Part shown: piece by piece, positions 1 to 11,805 of the stretch
How the letters are laid out: each line of letters starts with the position of its first letter
How positions within the stretch are numbered: position 1 is the first letter of the stretch
Assembly (NCBI GenBank): GCA_038087875.1
Contig: CM075989.1
Span: 13,828,001 to 13,892,000 of the forward strand
Reading direction: 5' to 3'
Source of the DNA: Malacoraja senta
Lineage: Eukaryota
Length of the DNA stretch: 64,000 nucleotides
The notes under the pieces: generated by a model
The model's input: the letters and a program-made list of their open reading frames with translations, nothing else
Database searches by the model: none
What the model was told of the DNA's origin: nothing
Translations under genes and position numbers: made by a program

Positions 1-2234
1 TTCATTCTTCTAAACTCCAGCAAATACAGGCCCAGTACTGACAAATGCTCATCGGTTAACCAAAACTTTCCTGGGATCATTCTTGTAAACTCCTCTGAAC
101 CCTCTCCAGAGCCAGCACATCCTCAGATATGGTGTCCAAAATTGCTCACAATATTCTAAATGTGGCTGTACAGAACCATATACTGGGTGTAGGACATATG
201 CAGCAGGTCAGGCAGTGCTACAAAAGAGGAAAAGCAGAACCACATCACAAATATATGTAAGTATTTTCAAACTTCTTGCAGCTACAGATTTGTTAGTTGG
301 AGTCTCATCAAGTGTGTGTGCTGGTACTTTCTATGAAAGTAGAGGGAAGCTCTGATTCAAGAATCATAAAAGATTAAAACCTTGTAAGAATGCAATGCCG
401 CCACTGGTGCCATGGTCAATTATACTGGAGAAGGAGATATAAAGTGGTATTGAGAATGTTAAATGCATTGTATTGCAAGCACGTAGAAGCCCTGTAAATG
501 ACAAGGAGCACAGCACCAAACAACTAGCCACCCATGGGCCCAGGCAGTACCTGCTTCACTTCACCTTTGGAATATCATGGGGTACACATTGACCTCATCA
601 GTCACCTTGGAACCCACAGAACTAGAATGGAAGCCAGTGATTCTTGTTCCTGAGAGTTACCAAATATAAAACGGAAATGATTGCAGCCACAAAGAGGTGA
701 AAACGTAAGGCAGCTGTATGACTGTGGTGTTCATGCCAGTTGAGCCTGATCCTGCCGTCCAGCTGGTGCCTGCAAATTTTGCTGGTTGTAGCACACTGCT
801 GTTTTCGCGTATTAATAGACAATAGGTGCAGGAGTAGGCCATTCGGCCCTTCAAGCCAGAACCACCATTCACTGTGATCATAGCTGATCATCTGCAATTA
901 GCACCCCGTTCCTGCCTTCTCCCCATATCCCTTGACTCCGCTATCTTTAAGAGCTCTAACTCTGTTCCTGACCCCATGGTCTTTGGGTGTGTTTCAAGCT
1001 AGAGGGCAGGAATGGGTGGTTTAAAGCAAAGATTTAAAGGAGTCGAGAGAATAGCTGAGCTGGTGTATTTCAAGCAAGGCCAATCAGAGCATCTGTGGGA
1101 AAGTTTGAAGGGGCACAATGATTTGCTCAATGAGAGGCACAGTAGCCAATTAGAAGTGAAGCTATGGCGGAGCGGTTGTTTTGGGAAAGGCTATTTGTTT
1201 GAGGTCCAAATGCTCTGTTTTGAGGATAAGTGCTGAGGCTTTGACATTGCAGTGTTCAGCTAGGAGGCTGAGCAGAGACCAAGTGCATCCTCAAACATTG
1301 TGGGAAGCTAGGGAAGAAATTGCAGAAGCTCTTGCAGTGATATTTATACCACCTTTAACCATGAGTGAAGTTCCAGAAGACTGAAAGGTGGCAAATGTAT
1401 ACAGTTATTTAATAAGAGCAGCAAGAATAAGCCAGGGACAAGACCATTTGGCCAGACATCAGTGGTGGGAAATTTGTTGACAATTTGGCCCAAAAAGCAT
1501 GTGTCCACGCTCTATGATTCAAAAATAATTATAATCTATTCACCAATTACATTAAATCTGTGCTGTTGTGTTACCTCAAGTTAAGTCGAGGTTATTGTCA
1601 TGTACACAAGTACGGCAGGGTACAGGTTCAATGAAAATCTGGCTTGCAGCAGGCATATAAATGCAGTCAAAAATGTAAATTGGATCCAAATAGTACTATT
1701 GATATGTAGATTGTGGACAAGATAATAGAGATGAATTTCCTCATTAGTGAGATGGTATATGCAATGATTTAGTATTTTCACTAGAGGGAGAAATATTGGT
1801 ATAAAGGGTGAAAAGATACATAGTGAAGAAATGCAGCCTCTGGAAATTCAGATGATGATTCATAATAAATGCTCAAAGCCGTGTTTTCTATTGAATTAAT
1901 TCAATTACATAATTTAAAGTTATTTCAGAGAAAGGAACAGAAGCGAATCATTATTATCAAATTCATTATACCATCAAGTCTTTCAAAAAGCTAGGAATAT
2001 GAAGCAGGCCCTTTGGCCCAACTTGTCCATGCTAACCAACTTAGTTTTCTGGGGGTCCCATTTGCTTGCATTTGGCCCATGTGGAGCAATATTTTATTTA
2101 TTTCACAAGATATTTGGAGAAAAAATAGGTTGCTGGGAATGGTGATATGCACTTGAACCAGCATGGACTCTGTACGAAATAGCCTATAAGTTGTAAGAAA
2201 AAATGGAAAGAGAAGATAACACAAGGAACTGTGA

Positions 2235-3506
2235 AGTAGCAATGAATAAAATAATCTTTTATTTTTCACAAAGGTGCATAGCAGGGCTGCACTGTTGTAA
2301 TATTTACAAATGACACATTGCATTCATAATCATGCAACATTTATATTTTTCAGAATTTAAAAATACTTTATTAATTGCAGTAAACACTTGGGTGTGGATG
2401 GACTTATCATGCAATGGAAATACCTTGTATTCATTCTGTAAAGTTTGGCACAAAGCTGAACTGTGCCAGGCATGGGAAAAAAGCAATAATAGAAATTTCA
2501 CAATCGTACCATGCTTTGATAAAAGGATGAAAAAAAGTCACATTTATATTGTACTCCAGTGTTGAAACCGGCCAAAAATATTAAAAAATATTATTCTCCT
2601 GGAATTCTAATTTACTATTAATTATTCTTAATGATATATAGTGAGGAGATGCATTTATAACAAGCCACTTCCAAAATTATCTAAGATATATATTTTATCA
2701 TTTACAAAAGGATGTATAACTTTGTACAGTTCTTAAAGATATTTTTCTATCAGCTTCAATTTGTTAGTATATCATGTAATTTGAAAGTGTAAAATTGTTC
2801 CATTAGAAATACTCAACTTTGACTTAAGATGCATAAATATACACATTCACACGTGATAAATCTTCTAACATTAGAGAACAGAAAATAGTAAAGCCCCAAG
2901 TTAGTAAAGTGCTTTTTAAAGCTGTAATGGAATTGGTACTTGAAATTCAAACGGTATTGGTACAGAAAAGCAATACCAAATTCCATTCCAATTTCTAAGG
3001 GTTTTTGGATAAAATTCTGTTTCAAGGCAGTGAAATTGGTTTCAAAGAAACACTGAACCTATGTGTAGCAAAATCATTTGGGGATTTTTTTTGTAAAAAA
3101 ACATGTACATATGCAGTATTATATCGATAGAATCAAGGCACGTTTTCGTGGTCTACAGTTCGTTAGGATTGGTTTATGCTTGTTCTTGAAGCCAGTGTGC
3201 TTAGAAATAAACAATTAAACATTCACACATTGTATAGGCTACACTTCATTATTTCACGATTTATATCTCTAAAATATTATCTATTGTGTACAATGCCAGT
3301 AAAGCAATTATCTATCCACTTCTAACAAATACTTGTCAGAAGTGCAAAGTGATCAAGACAATTGCAGTCTGAAATTTTTATTTCTTGAAAGAAACTGCAC
3401 ACAGATAGTGAACGGTTTTCCTTTGATACAGATTAGCTTTTTAACATTCCAACAGGCGCAATGGCTAAAACTGAAAGCAAAGTCTCTTAATTTGAAGTTT
3501 GTTCTC
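2235..3506 (-). other. SHC4: Probable SHC4 3' UTR (~1.27 kb)
   Basis: Repeat-free AU-rich stretch between the stop codon and an AATAAA; Pumilio-type TGTAAATA at 2301-2308. Confidence 0.6.
2258..2263 (-). terminator. Polyadenylation signal AATAAA
   Basis: Minus-strand AATAAA followed by CA dinucleotides and a GU/U-rich tract (ttccttgtgttatcttctctttccattttttc). Confidence 0.6.
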
Positions 3507-3623
3507 CTAGACATTTTTTTTAAGGTACAGTTCACTTCCCAATGAGATAATTGGCAGCTGGTTATCCACGTGGTAGCTGATCAGATGACTGACACTGTCA
3601 AATAAACGGTCCTTTGTTCTCAC
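3507..3623 (-). CDS. SHC4: SHC4 exon 12, last coding exon ([38 protein letters not shown])
   Basis: cttttcttataaag|GTG; Shc SH2 C-terminal half; TAG at 3509-3507. Confidence 0.93.
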   Translation of the reverse strand: MRTKDRLFDSVSHLISYHVDNQLPIISLGSELYLKKNV

Positions 3624-3989
3624 CTTTATAAGAAAAGGTGCAAACATTTAGTAAACTTAATAAAAAGTAATCTCATGCAAAATTCAATGTGTTTTATAAT
3701 AATAAATCTTGCCTAGCAAAGGCTGCAAAATACATTTCTGGGTTTAAGGTAATTAAAAGCAATAAGATCAATATTATTAAACTTTGAATTGGATGTGAAA
3801 AAAACTATTCACACAAATTGACAACTTGTTAGCTGTTGGTATGAATTATATTCAATACAAAAATGACAATGATTAAATACAATTAGAAACTGACTTAATC
3901 ATTGAGTCATACAGCATGGGAACACGCCCTTCAACCCAACCTGTCCATGCCAACCACGATGCCCATCTAAGCTAGTAACATTTGTTTGC

Positions 3990-4505
3990 ATTTGATAAGT
4001 CTGGTGAGACCTTATTTGGAGTACTATGTGCAGTCCTGCTTGCCTAGGTACAGGAAGGATGTCATTAAGTTGGAATGGGCACAGAAGAGATTCATAAGGA
4101 TGTTACCGAAACTTAAAAGTTTGAGTTACAGGAAGAGGCTGGTTAGGCTGGGACATTTTTTCTATGGAGCATCGGAGGCTCAGAGGTGACCTTATTGAAA
4201 TATATAAAACCATGAGGGGCTTGAATAAAGTGAACACTCTCCAGATTAGTGTATTCTAAAACTAGAAGACATAGGTTTCAGGTGGGAGGGACCACAGGGA
4301 CAGCTTTTTCACTCAGTGGTCCATATGTGGAACAATTACTAGAAGATCCTCTAGAAGCAGATACAATCATGACTTTCTAAAGACATTTGAACAGGTACAT
4401 GGATAGGAAGAGTTTAGGGGGATATGGGCCAAATACAGGCAAATGAGACAAGCCCAGACAAGTTGGGCCAAAGAGCTTGTTTTCATGCTTTATAGCTTTT
4501 TGACT
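3990..4505 (+). mobile_element. CR1-type LINE 3' fragment (degenerate)
   Basis: LVRPYLEYYVQ-like translation; same 3' UTR as other CR1 copies in the window. Confidence 0.8.
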
Positions 4506-4523
4506 CTGGACCCATATCCTTCT

Positions 4524-6479
4524 TTTTTTTATTTTTTTTTATTTTTTAGAAGTACGGTAGATTACAGTAATGTACAACACGTATATATTAATACATTTTT
4601 TGTACCGCTTCACTTTTTTAAACTTTAAGAAAGAAAAAGAAAGAAGTAAGAAAAGTGAAGAAAGTGCGCAAAGGTTGTGAAGTGCAAAAGAGTGTTGGGA
4701 AAAGAAAGCCCCTTAGAAAAGAAGTTAGAGAAGGAAGTAAAGTTAGAAAATAGACCCTAGAAAAAAAAAAGAGAAAGAAAGAAGGAACAATCGCTCTATT
4801 ATAACTCTTATACCATACTTCATAGAGAAGGAACTACCAACCAAGTCTGTTTTTATTTTACCTCCCATTACCAGGTCCAGATACCTTTTATTTATTTATT
4901 TGTTTTTCTAAATTACTATTGCACCTCATGCTTGTAATAGGTCCAAAAACGTAGACCACGTCTTTTGAAATTGGTCTACTTTGCCTACTAGGAGGAATCT
5001 CATCTCTTCCAGATGTAATGTTTCCAACATATTTGATGTCCACATTTTTATTGTTGGTGTGGGCGCATTTTTCCAGAATTTAAGTATAAGCTTTTTTCCC
5101 ATTATTAGCCCATAATTGAGTAAATTCTTCTGATACACGTTTAATTCAGGAATACCTTCCGATATTCCAAAAATAATCCATTCTGGTTTTGGTACCAGTT
5201 TTATTTTGATTAATTTTGAAAAAATATCAAATATTTCAAACCAGAATTTTTGGATTTTTGTACAAAAAACAAAAGAATGTGCTATGGTAGCTTCTTGACA
5301 TATACATTTATCACAGATTGGTGAGACGTTAGGAAAGATTTTATTTAGTTTGGTTTTTGAATAATATAATCTATATAATGTTTTAAATTGGATAAGCGTA
5401 TGTCGTACGTTGATCGAGCATTTATGCACCTGTAATAAATGATTATCCCAACTCTCTTTTGAAATTTTTATACCTAGATCTTGTTCCCAATCTCTTCTAA
5501 TTCCATCTGTTGTGGGTATTTCTATATTTAAGATGATATTATATAAGTATGATATTAAATTAACTGATTCCGCCTTTGTCTTCATTGCTTCATCTAGTAA
5601 GTCGGAAGGCATATTATAATAATCTTTTGTGTGTGTTTTCAAATAGTCACAAATTTGTAGATATTTAAAATATTGATTATTTTTCAAATTATATTTCAGT
5701 TGTAGTTGTTGGAATGATAGTAATTTTTCTAATTCATACAGATCTTCGAGCGTTTTGATTCCCATTCTTTCCCATTGTATAAATGCTTTATCTATGATTG
5801 AAGGTTTAAACGATAGGTTATTGACTATTGGTATTAAGAGAGATAGGTTTCTTAATTTTAGATTCTGTTTTATTTGCTTCCATGTTCTAATAGTGCTATA
5901 TATAATTGGATTTTTATTATAATTTTTATTATTCAAATTTATTGGAGAGAGAATAATCGCTCCTATATTATTCGGGGAGCAATCCCCTTTTTCCATTATA
6001 ATCCAGTCCACCTGCTGGGCAGAATTGTCCAGCAGGTGAATCATATTTTTAATATTTACTGCCCAGTTATAATACATAAAGTTAGGGAGCGCTAGACCCC
6101 CCAACTCTTTTCGTTTGTTAAGGTGTGTTCTTTGTATTCTGTGGGATTTGTAATCCCATATAAAATTTGTAATGTCTGAGTCCAGTTTTTTGAAAAACTT
6201 TTTTGGGAGATATATAGGTATTGATTGAAATAGGTAAAGGATTTGTGGTAAGAAAATCATTTTTATAGCATTTATCCTACCTATTAAGGACATCGGAAGT
6301 GTTTTCCAAAATTTAATCAGATTATTTAATTTCTTAAGTAGGGGATTATAATTAGCTTTAAACATATCATGGTAATTTCTAGTAATCTCAATTCCTAAAT
6401 ATTTGAATTTTTCCATAGCTATTTTAAAAGGGAATTTCCTGAGATGTGTTGAGTCTTGGTTTAATCGACATAATTTCAG
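4524..6479 (-). mobile_element. L1-clade LINE, 5'-truncated (ORF2 C-terminal part, 3' UTR, A-rich tail)
   Basis: Unbroken 496-aa ORF 4926-6416 with KYLGI, GGLALPNF and a CxxC...H...C knuckle; A-rich tail at 4524-4547; 16-bp TSD GGACCCATATCCTTCT at 4508-4523 and 6480-6495. Confidence 0.93.
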
Positions 6480-6738
6480 GGACCCATATCCTTCTAAACC
6501 TTTTCACTCCATGTACTTGGCCAAATGTATTTTAAATGTTGTTATTGCACCTGCCTCTTTCACTTTGGCAGCTCGTTCCATATATGTACCACCCTGTGTA
6601 AGAAAAATTTGCCATTCATGTTCTTATTAAATCTTTCCCCTCTAACCTTAAGACTATGCCCCTAGTTCTTCATTCCCCAACTGATCTCCCATGCACAAAC
6701 CCATGCTGACTATCCCTAATTCACCCCCATCTTTGTAA

Positions 6739-6760
6739 ATATATATATATATATATATAT
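6739..6760 (+). repeat. (AT)n microsatellite
   Basis: Directly visible. Confidence 0.9.
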
Positions 6761-7203
6761 TATCTCTTACTGGTTTATAGTTCTGAGGTATTTCATTCTT
6801 AAATAAAGGTATAACATTAGCCACTCTCTAGACTTCCAAGTTCTCGCCCTGGCTAATGATGATGCATAAACCTCAGCCAGGGCTCTACAATTTCTTCTTT
6901 GGCTTCCCACAATGTTCTTGAATATACCTGATTGGGCCTAAAGGCGTCTTTCCATACTGTATAACTCTATGACTCTGGACTGCACATGGAATATTGTGTG
7001 TTATTCTAGTTGCTATGCTATGTGAAGGATATAATTATGCTAAAGAAAGTCAAACATTTATAGAAATGAATAATTTAAGTTTTTCATGAAGATATCTGAA
7101 GTTTATAAAGAATTTTGGGTTCCAAAATTTAAGCAAATAAATTTGGGTTTAGTAAAATGAAATATTGTTCCACTACATTATAGAGCAAGGTGTTTTTTTC
7201 ATC

Positions 7204-7556
7204 ATAATAATAATAATAATAATGGATTGGATTTATATAGCGCCTTTCTAATACCCAAGGCGCTTTACATCGCATTATTCATTCACTCCTCAGTCACACT
7301 CGGTGGTGGTGAGCTACTTCTGTAGCCACAGCTGCCCTGGGGCAGACTGACGGAAGCGTGGCTGCTAATCTGCGCCTACGGCCCCTCCGACCACCACCAA
7401 TCACTCACACGCATTCACACACATGCACACGCAGGCAAAGGTGGGTGAAGTGTCTTGCCCAAGGACACAACGACAGTATGCACTCCAAGCGGGATTCGAA
7501 CCGGCTACCTTCCGGTTGCCAGCCGAACACTTAGCCCATTGCGCCATCTGTCGTCC
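7204..7556 (-). mobile_element. tRNA-derived CORE-SINE, AFC-like, with L2-type tail and (ATT)n end
   Basis: Box A TGGCGCAATGG (7536-7546), box B GGTTCGAATCC (7492-7502), CORE GTGTCCTTGGGCAAGACACTT, tail TGTAAAGCGCCTTG...AAAGGCGCTATATAAAT, (ATT)n. Confidence 0.88.
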
Positions 7557-7892
7557 TGATGGAACAAGGTTTGACAATTATGGTTCTAACGGTCCTTCCA
7601 TCAGCTAGGGTACTATCCGATTCAATTTTATCCCATTAGGGACATTGGACGTCCATGGAACTGGTGCGCTACAAAAAGCTGAGAACTATATTCTGCACTT
7701 TGTATCTTTGCCTTTGTTCTAACTATTATACTTGAGTTTGGCTTGATTGCATTTATGTACAGTATTATCTGATTTGATTGAATAACATGCAAACAATACC
7801 TTGGTATGTGACAATAATAAACCTAAAAACATTGAAATGCACATGTAATTATTTTTCTTTTCAAAAAGCAGCACTTTGTCTTTAAATCTTAC

Positions 7893-8146
7893 CATGCCTT
7901 CAGGGTCCACCAGGAGTAAGTGCTTGGCTTGTCCTCCCTGCAGTCCAGTCAGTACATACTGTCCTGGTGTTGTCATGCTTTCCCGCACCAGAAAGTCACC
8001 ATCATTTATCAGCAACCTTTCAGCTTCCTGTCTGCTCATCCTTCCGCAATACCAGATTTCCTTCATGAGCTGCTCTCTCATGGAAGAGTGAGTCGCAGGC
8101 ATGGGGACCACATTTGAACATTTGGCTGCTGCGCTGTTCTGTGCAA
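7893..8146 (-). CDS. SHC4: SHC4 exon 11 (SH2 domain, WYCGRMSR...DGDFLVRES...GQAKHLLLVDPEGM)
   Basis: Donor ATG|gtaaga at 7893 is clear. Acceptor gaag|TT at 8146 is the first AG after a pyrimidine tract and is phase-compatible; an alternative in-phase acceptor at 8197 is possible. FLVRES SH2 signature. Confidence 0.92.
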
Positions 8147-10009
8147 CTTCAGTGAATCGATGCCATGGATGAATAAAGACATAAGAGAATAATGAGGCTA
8201 AGTGGTATTACACCACACACACAAAAAGCAGGGTAGGGCGTAACAAAAGAGAATATTAAGTGGTAGGTGAGGAATCAAAAATTAGTAAGTGAAAAATCAA
8301 GAACAAGGATAAATGTCAAATATTCAATGGAAACATGAATTAATTAAAAAAGATTGTATGGCTCCCAATGGATGGAGAGTATAAAATCTTACAAAGTGAT
8401 TACAAAAGTGAATCCTGCATTCTCCCCATATGGCTTGATGCCTTTCACATGTAGAAATCTATCCCTAAATATATTCAGCAGTTTTCTCTCCACTGTTTAC
8501 TGTGGCAAAAAATCCTACAAGTTCATCACCGTCTGTATGAAGAGGTTTCTCCTTTACTCACTTAGCTCAGATCCTGTGATTGTGACTATAAACATTGACA
8601 TTCTTATTCAAAGATTGCAAAGTAAAATGACATTGCTATATTTGAGATTAAACAAAAAATAACCATTGATTTAAGAATTAACTCATTGTCTATCAAGTTA
8701 ATATTGATTTTCAAAGGGATTAAGGAACAAATTGAATTTATGTTTAAACACCAAAAGAAGTGATATTCAGCACTCTGCTTCAACCAGTGAAGACCCAAAC
8801 TTCATGAAAAATAGCTTAAAGATTGTTCCTACAATTATTAAGATTATTGTATTTTAAGATTTTAATTTTCTTCAACTCACCATTTTATGTTTAACCAGAG
8901 TACAATGCTAGGAGTTTATGAACTACTGACTATACAGATTAATAGAAGAATTAAGAGCCATCTGTTACTTGCGGATTATGGAACTGAATTTAAGAAATGC
9001 TCAGTTGGACCACTTCCTACCACCCCAACTCAAGAACCACTGTTTAGTCACTTGCACCTATCAGAATAAAAATTTAGGATAAACAAAAAGTGCACCTTAA
9101 TGAGACTATGTTGCTTTAATTTTTTTAACTTTGGGCATGGATTCTATTAGATTTCAAAGACCACCGCAGAGCTGACTGGAACTGAGTTTCACGTGCTAAT
9201 TCTTTAAAATAAGTGTTCCTTTTTTGTTGATTTCATCTGTGGATTATGACAGGCTATAATCAAATAGTCAATCAACTGACTATAATCAGTTCCATATAAT
9301 CAAAAAGTCAAATAGAATAGACATTTAATTTGCAGATCATTTCAGATAACTGCAATGGACATCAATTATTATTTCAGGTAAACTCATGCTGTAGAATACA
9401 GGCTACAGTCGATATAATTTGCATTGTGCAGTATGTCTTACTGGCTATTATACTATATTTCCATGAAAATAAAACAAAACAACACTGCAGAGTCTATAAT
9501 TTGAAATCAGAAATGGCTGTTTTTCAACCTGGAGGGTTCAGCAAATCCTTGCTTGTAAATGATGCTTCATATGCACTGTCCAGTTGATCTAATTTTAATT
9601 TCCATCTGGACTCTGCAGACCAAAGGTTCTATTAACATGCAGTTTACTTGAAATGTGATAGCCTCTTCCTGTGGGAATCACAAGAACAAACCACAGATGG
9701 GCCACTGCTAACAAAGCTGATGAATTTTCTACATGGTATTCATCTTTGTGACTGGTTCATTCTTCTGGTAACTACAATCCCATTCTTTATTGCACATTTC
9801 ATCAGAATTTTAAGACGCTTGAAGTGTACACATATCTACATTTATCACTGAATGCTTCTGCACAAAGTAGATAATAATGATAAGATTATTAATAATGAGT
9901 CATTTGTATCATGCATTAATGTCATTTTGCTAGAAAGGGTTAGAAATATATTCATTATCAATTCCATGGAGGCCTGAATGGCCTGTTTCTGTTCTGCATA
10001 TTTATATGA

Positions 10010-11175
10010 TCTTCTTCCTCAACACCCTGACCAATGAAGGCAAGTATACCATATACTGTGTTTATTACCTTATCTCTCTGCATTGCACACTTCCAGTGAA
10101 CCATGGACATGACCCCGAGGTCTCCATAAACCCTCGCTAGCAAAATGGCATTCATGGATGATACGAATGACTCTCCAATGCTGGGAAAAAGACTGTAACC
10201 ACCCATCTTATCTATGTCCCTCATGATGTTATGCACCTATGAGGTCATCCCTCAACTTCTAACGTTCAAATCAAAACAGCACCAGCATATTCAACCTCTC
10301 CTTGTGACTTAAACATAGTCCCGGTAAAAATCCTTGTGAATCTTCTCTATACCCATTTCAGCTTAATGACATCCTTCCTATAGCTGGGCAACCAGAATTG
10401 CACACAGTGTGGATTTGCCAACATCTTGTATAGAACATAGATCAGTAGGCACAGGAATGGGTCCTTCGGCCTACAATGTTTGTGCCAAACATGATGACAA
10501 GTAAAACTGATCTCATCTGGCTGTACATAACACATATCACTCTATTCCCTGCACTTCCATGTGTCTATCTAAAAGCCTCTTAAATGCCATTATTGTATCT
10601 GCCAAGACATATAGCTGTAACACGATGTCCCAATTCCGGTGCTCAATGCTGTGACTGATTGGTGAGGCCACATTTAGAATATTATGTTCAGTTTCGGTCA
10701 CCATGTGATAAGATGTTGTCAAGCTGGAAAGGGTGCAGAGAAGATTTACGAGGATGTTGCCAGGACTCGAGGGCCAAAGTTATAGGGAAAGGTTGAGCAG
10801 GCTCGGACTTTATTCCTTGGAGTGCAGGAGGATGAGGGGTGATCTTATAGAGATGTACAAATTCATGGGCAGAATAGATTGGGTAAAAGCACAGTTCTTT
10901 TGCCCAGAGTAGGGGAATTGAGAACCAGAGTGTACGTGGGTTTAAGGTGTGGGGGGGAAGATTTAATAGGAGCCTGAGGGGTAACTTTTTTTTCCACAAA
11001 GGGTGGTGGGTGTGTGGAACGAGCTACCAGAGGAGGTAGTGTTTAAGAAACATTTAGATAGGTACATGGATAAGATAGCTTTAGAGGAATATGGGCCAAA
11101 CGCAGGCAACTGGGACTAGTGTAGATGGGGCATGGAGGTTGGAGCAGGCTGAAGGGCCTGTTTCCACACCATATG
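10010..11175. mobile_element. Adjacent, oppositely oriented CR1 3' fragments
   Basis: Minus-strand CR1 pieces ~10010-10620 and a plus-strand CR1 3' end ~10650-11175 (HLEY.VQF, GDLIEMYK motifs). Confidence 0.75.
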
Positions 11176-11673
11176 TCACTAGATTCAATCCCTGTTACAT
11201 ACTCTGCTCAGTCTTTACATTGGGCAGGATCGTAGGACAGGAGGCAAATCTACTGCCACCTTTCTCCAAAGAAGGACGTTTTTTGCAAATAAAATATCAG
11301 TCAAAATGTCAAGAATGTCAAAATGTCAACATTTGTAAAGTACATTTACCTGAGAACAGTATTTCTGAATAAATCTTGATGTGCTGAAATGTGTTGGCTA
11401 CAGTAATATATGTGAATCTCTTGATTGTATATGAGAAAGAACAAGCTTTTGTTGCCAACTTCTCAGACACTGCAGCAGTGCTTGAATGTGACAAATGGAC
11501 AGAAAGATGTCAATGAGCTAAATGTCCTTCATGTTTTACATTTTCTGAATTCAGCTTCAACATTGCTTTAGGCACACAACAAAGTAAGATGCTTCCGAAA
11601 TAGTGGCTGTGTGGAAATGAACATAATTTCTGTAATGAAGATAAAGACTACGTTGATTTTTAAATAAACTTAC

Positions 11674-11805
11674 TTCTATTACACCCATCTCTGTGAATAT
11701 TGGCAGATACCTGTCCAGACACTCCCATCATGGTGGAAGGGTGGGGATTCTGAGTGTTCATGTAAGATGGATCATCAAAAAGATCAGATGGGCTGATGGC
11801 TTTGC
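11674..11805 (-). CDS. SHC4: SHC4 exon 10 (GKAISPSDLFDDPSYMNTQ...)
   Basis: ttccag|GC AAA ... AGA A|gtaagt; 132 bp; DLFDDPxYxNTQ motif. Confidence 0.88.

Noticed and set aside
190..1900. Possible plus-strand exons (donor-like gtaagt near 257, acceptor-like ctag near 1784)
   Set aside because: No recognisable protein; the region is interleaved with CR1 fragments.
7490..7556. tRNA gene
   Set aside because: The A/B boxes belong to a SINE head continuous with CORE and tail; the same applies at 50178.
11705..11713. Internal donor CAG|GTATCT in exon 10
   Set aside because: Phase 0 does not fit the preferred exon 11 acceptor; the downstream A|gtaagt donor is stronger and in phase.
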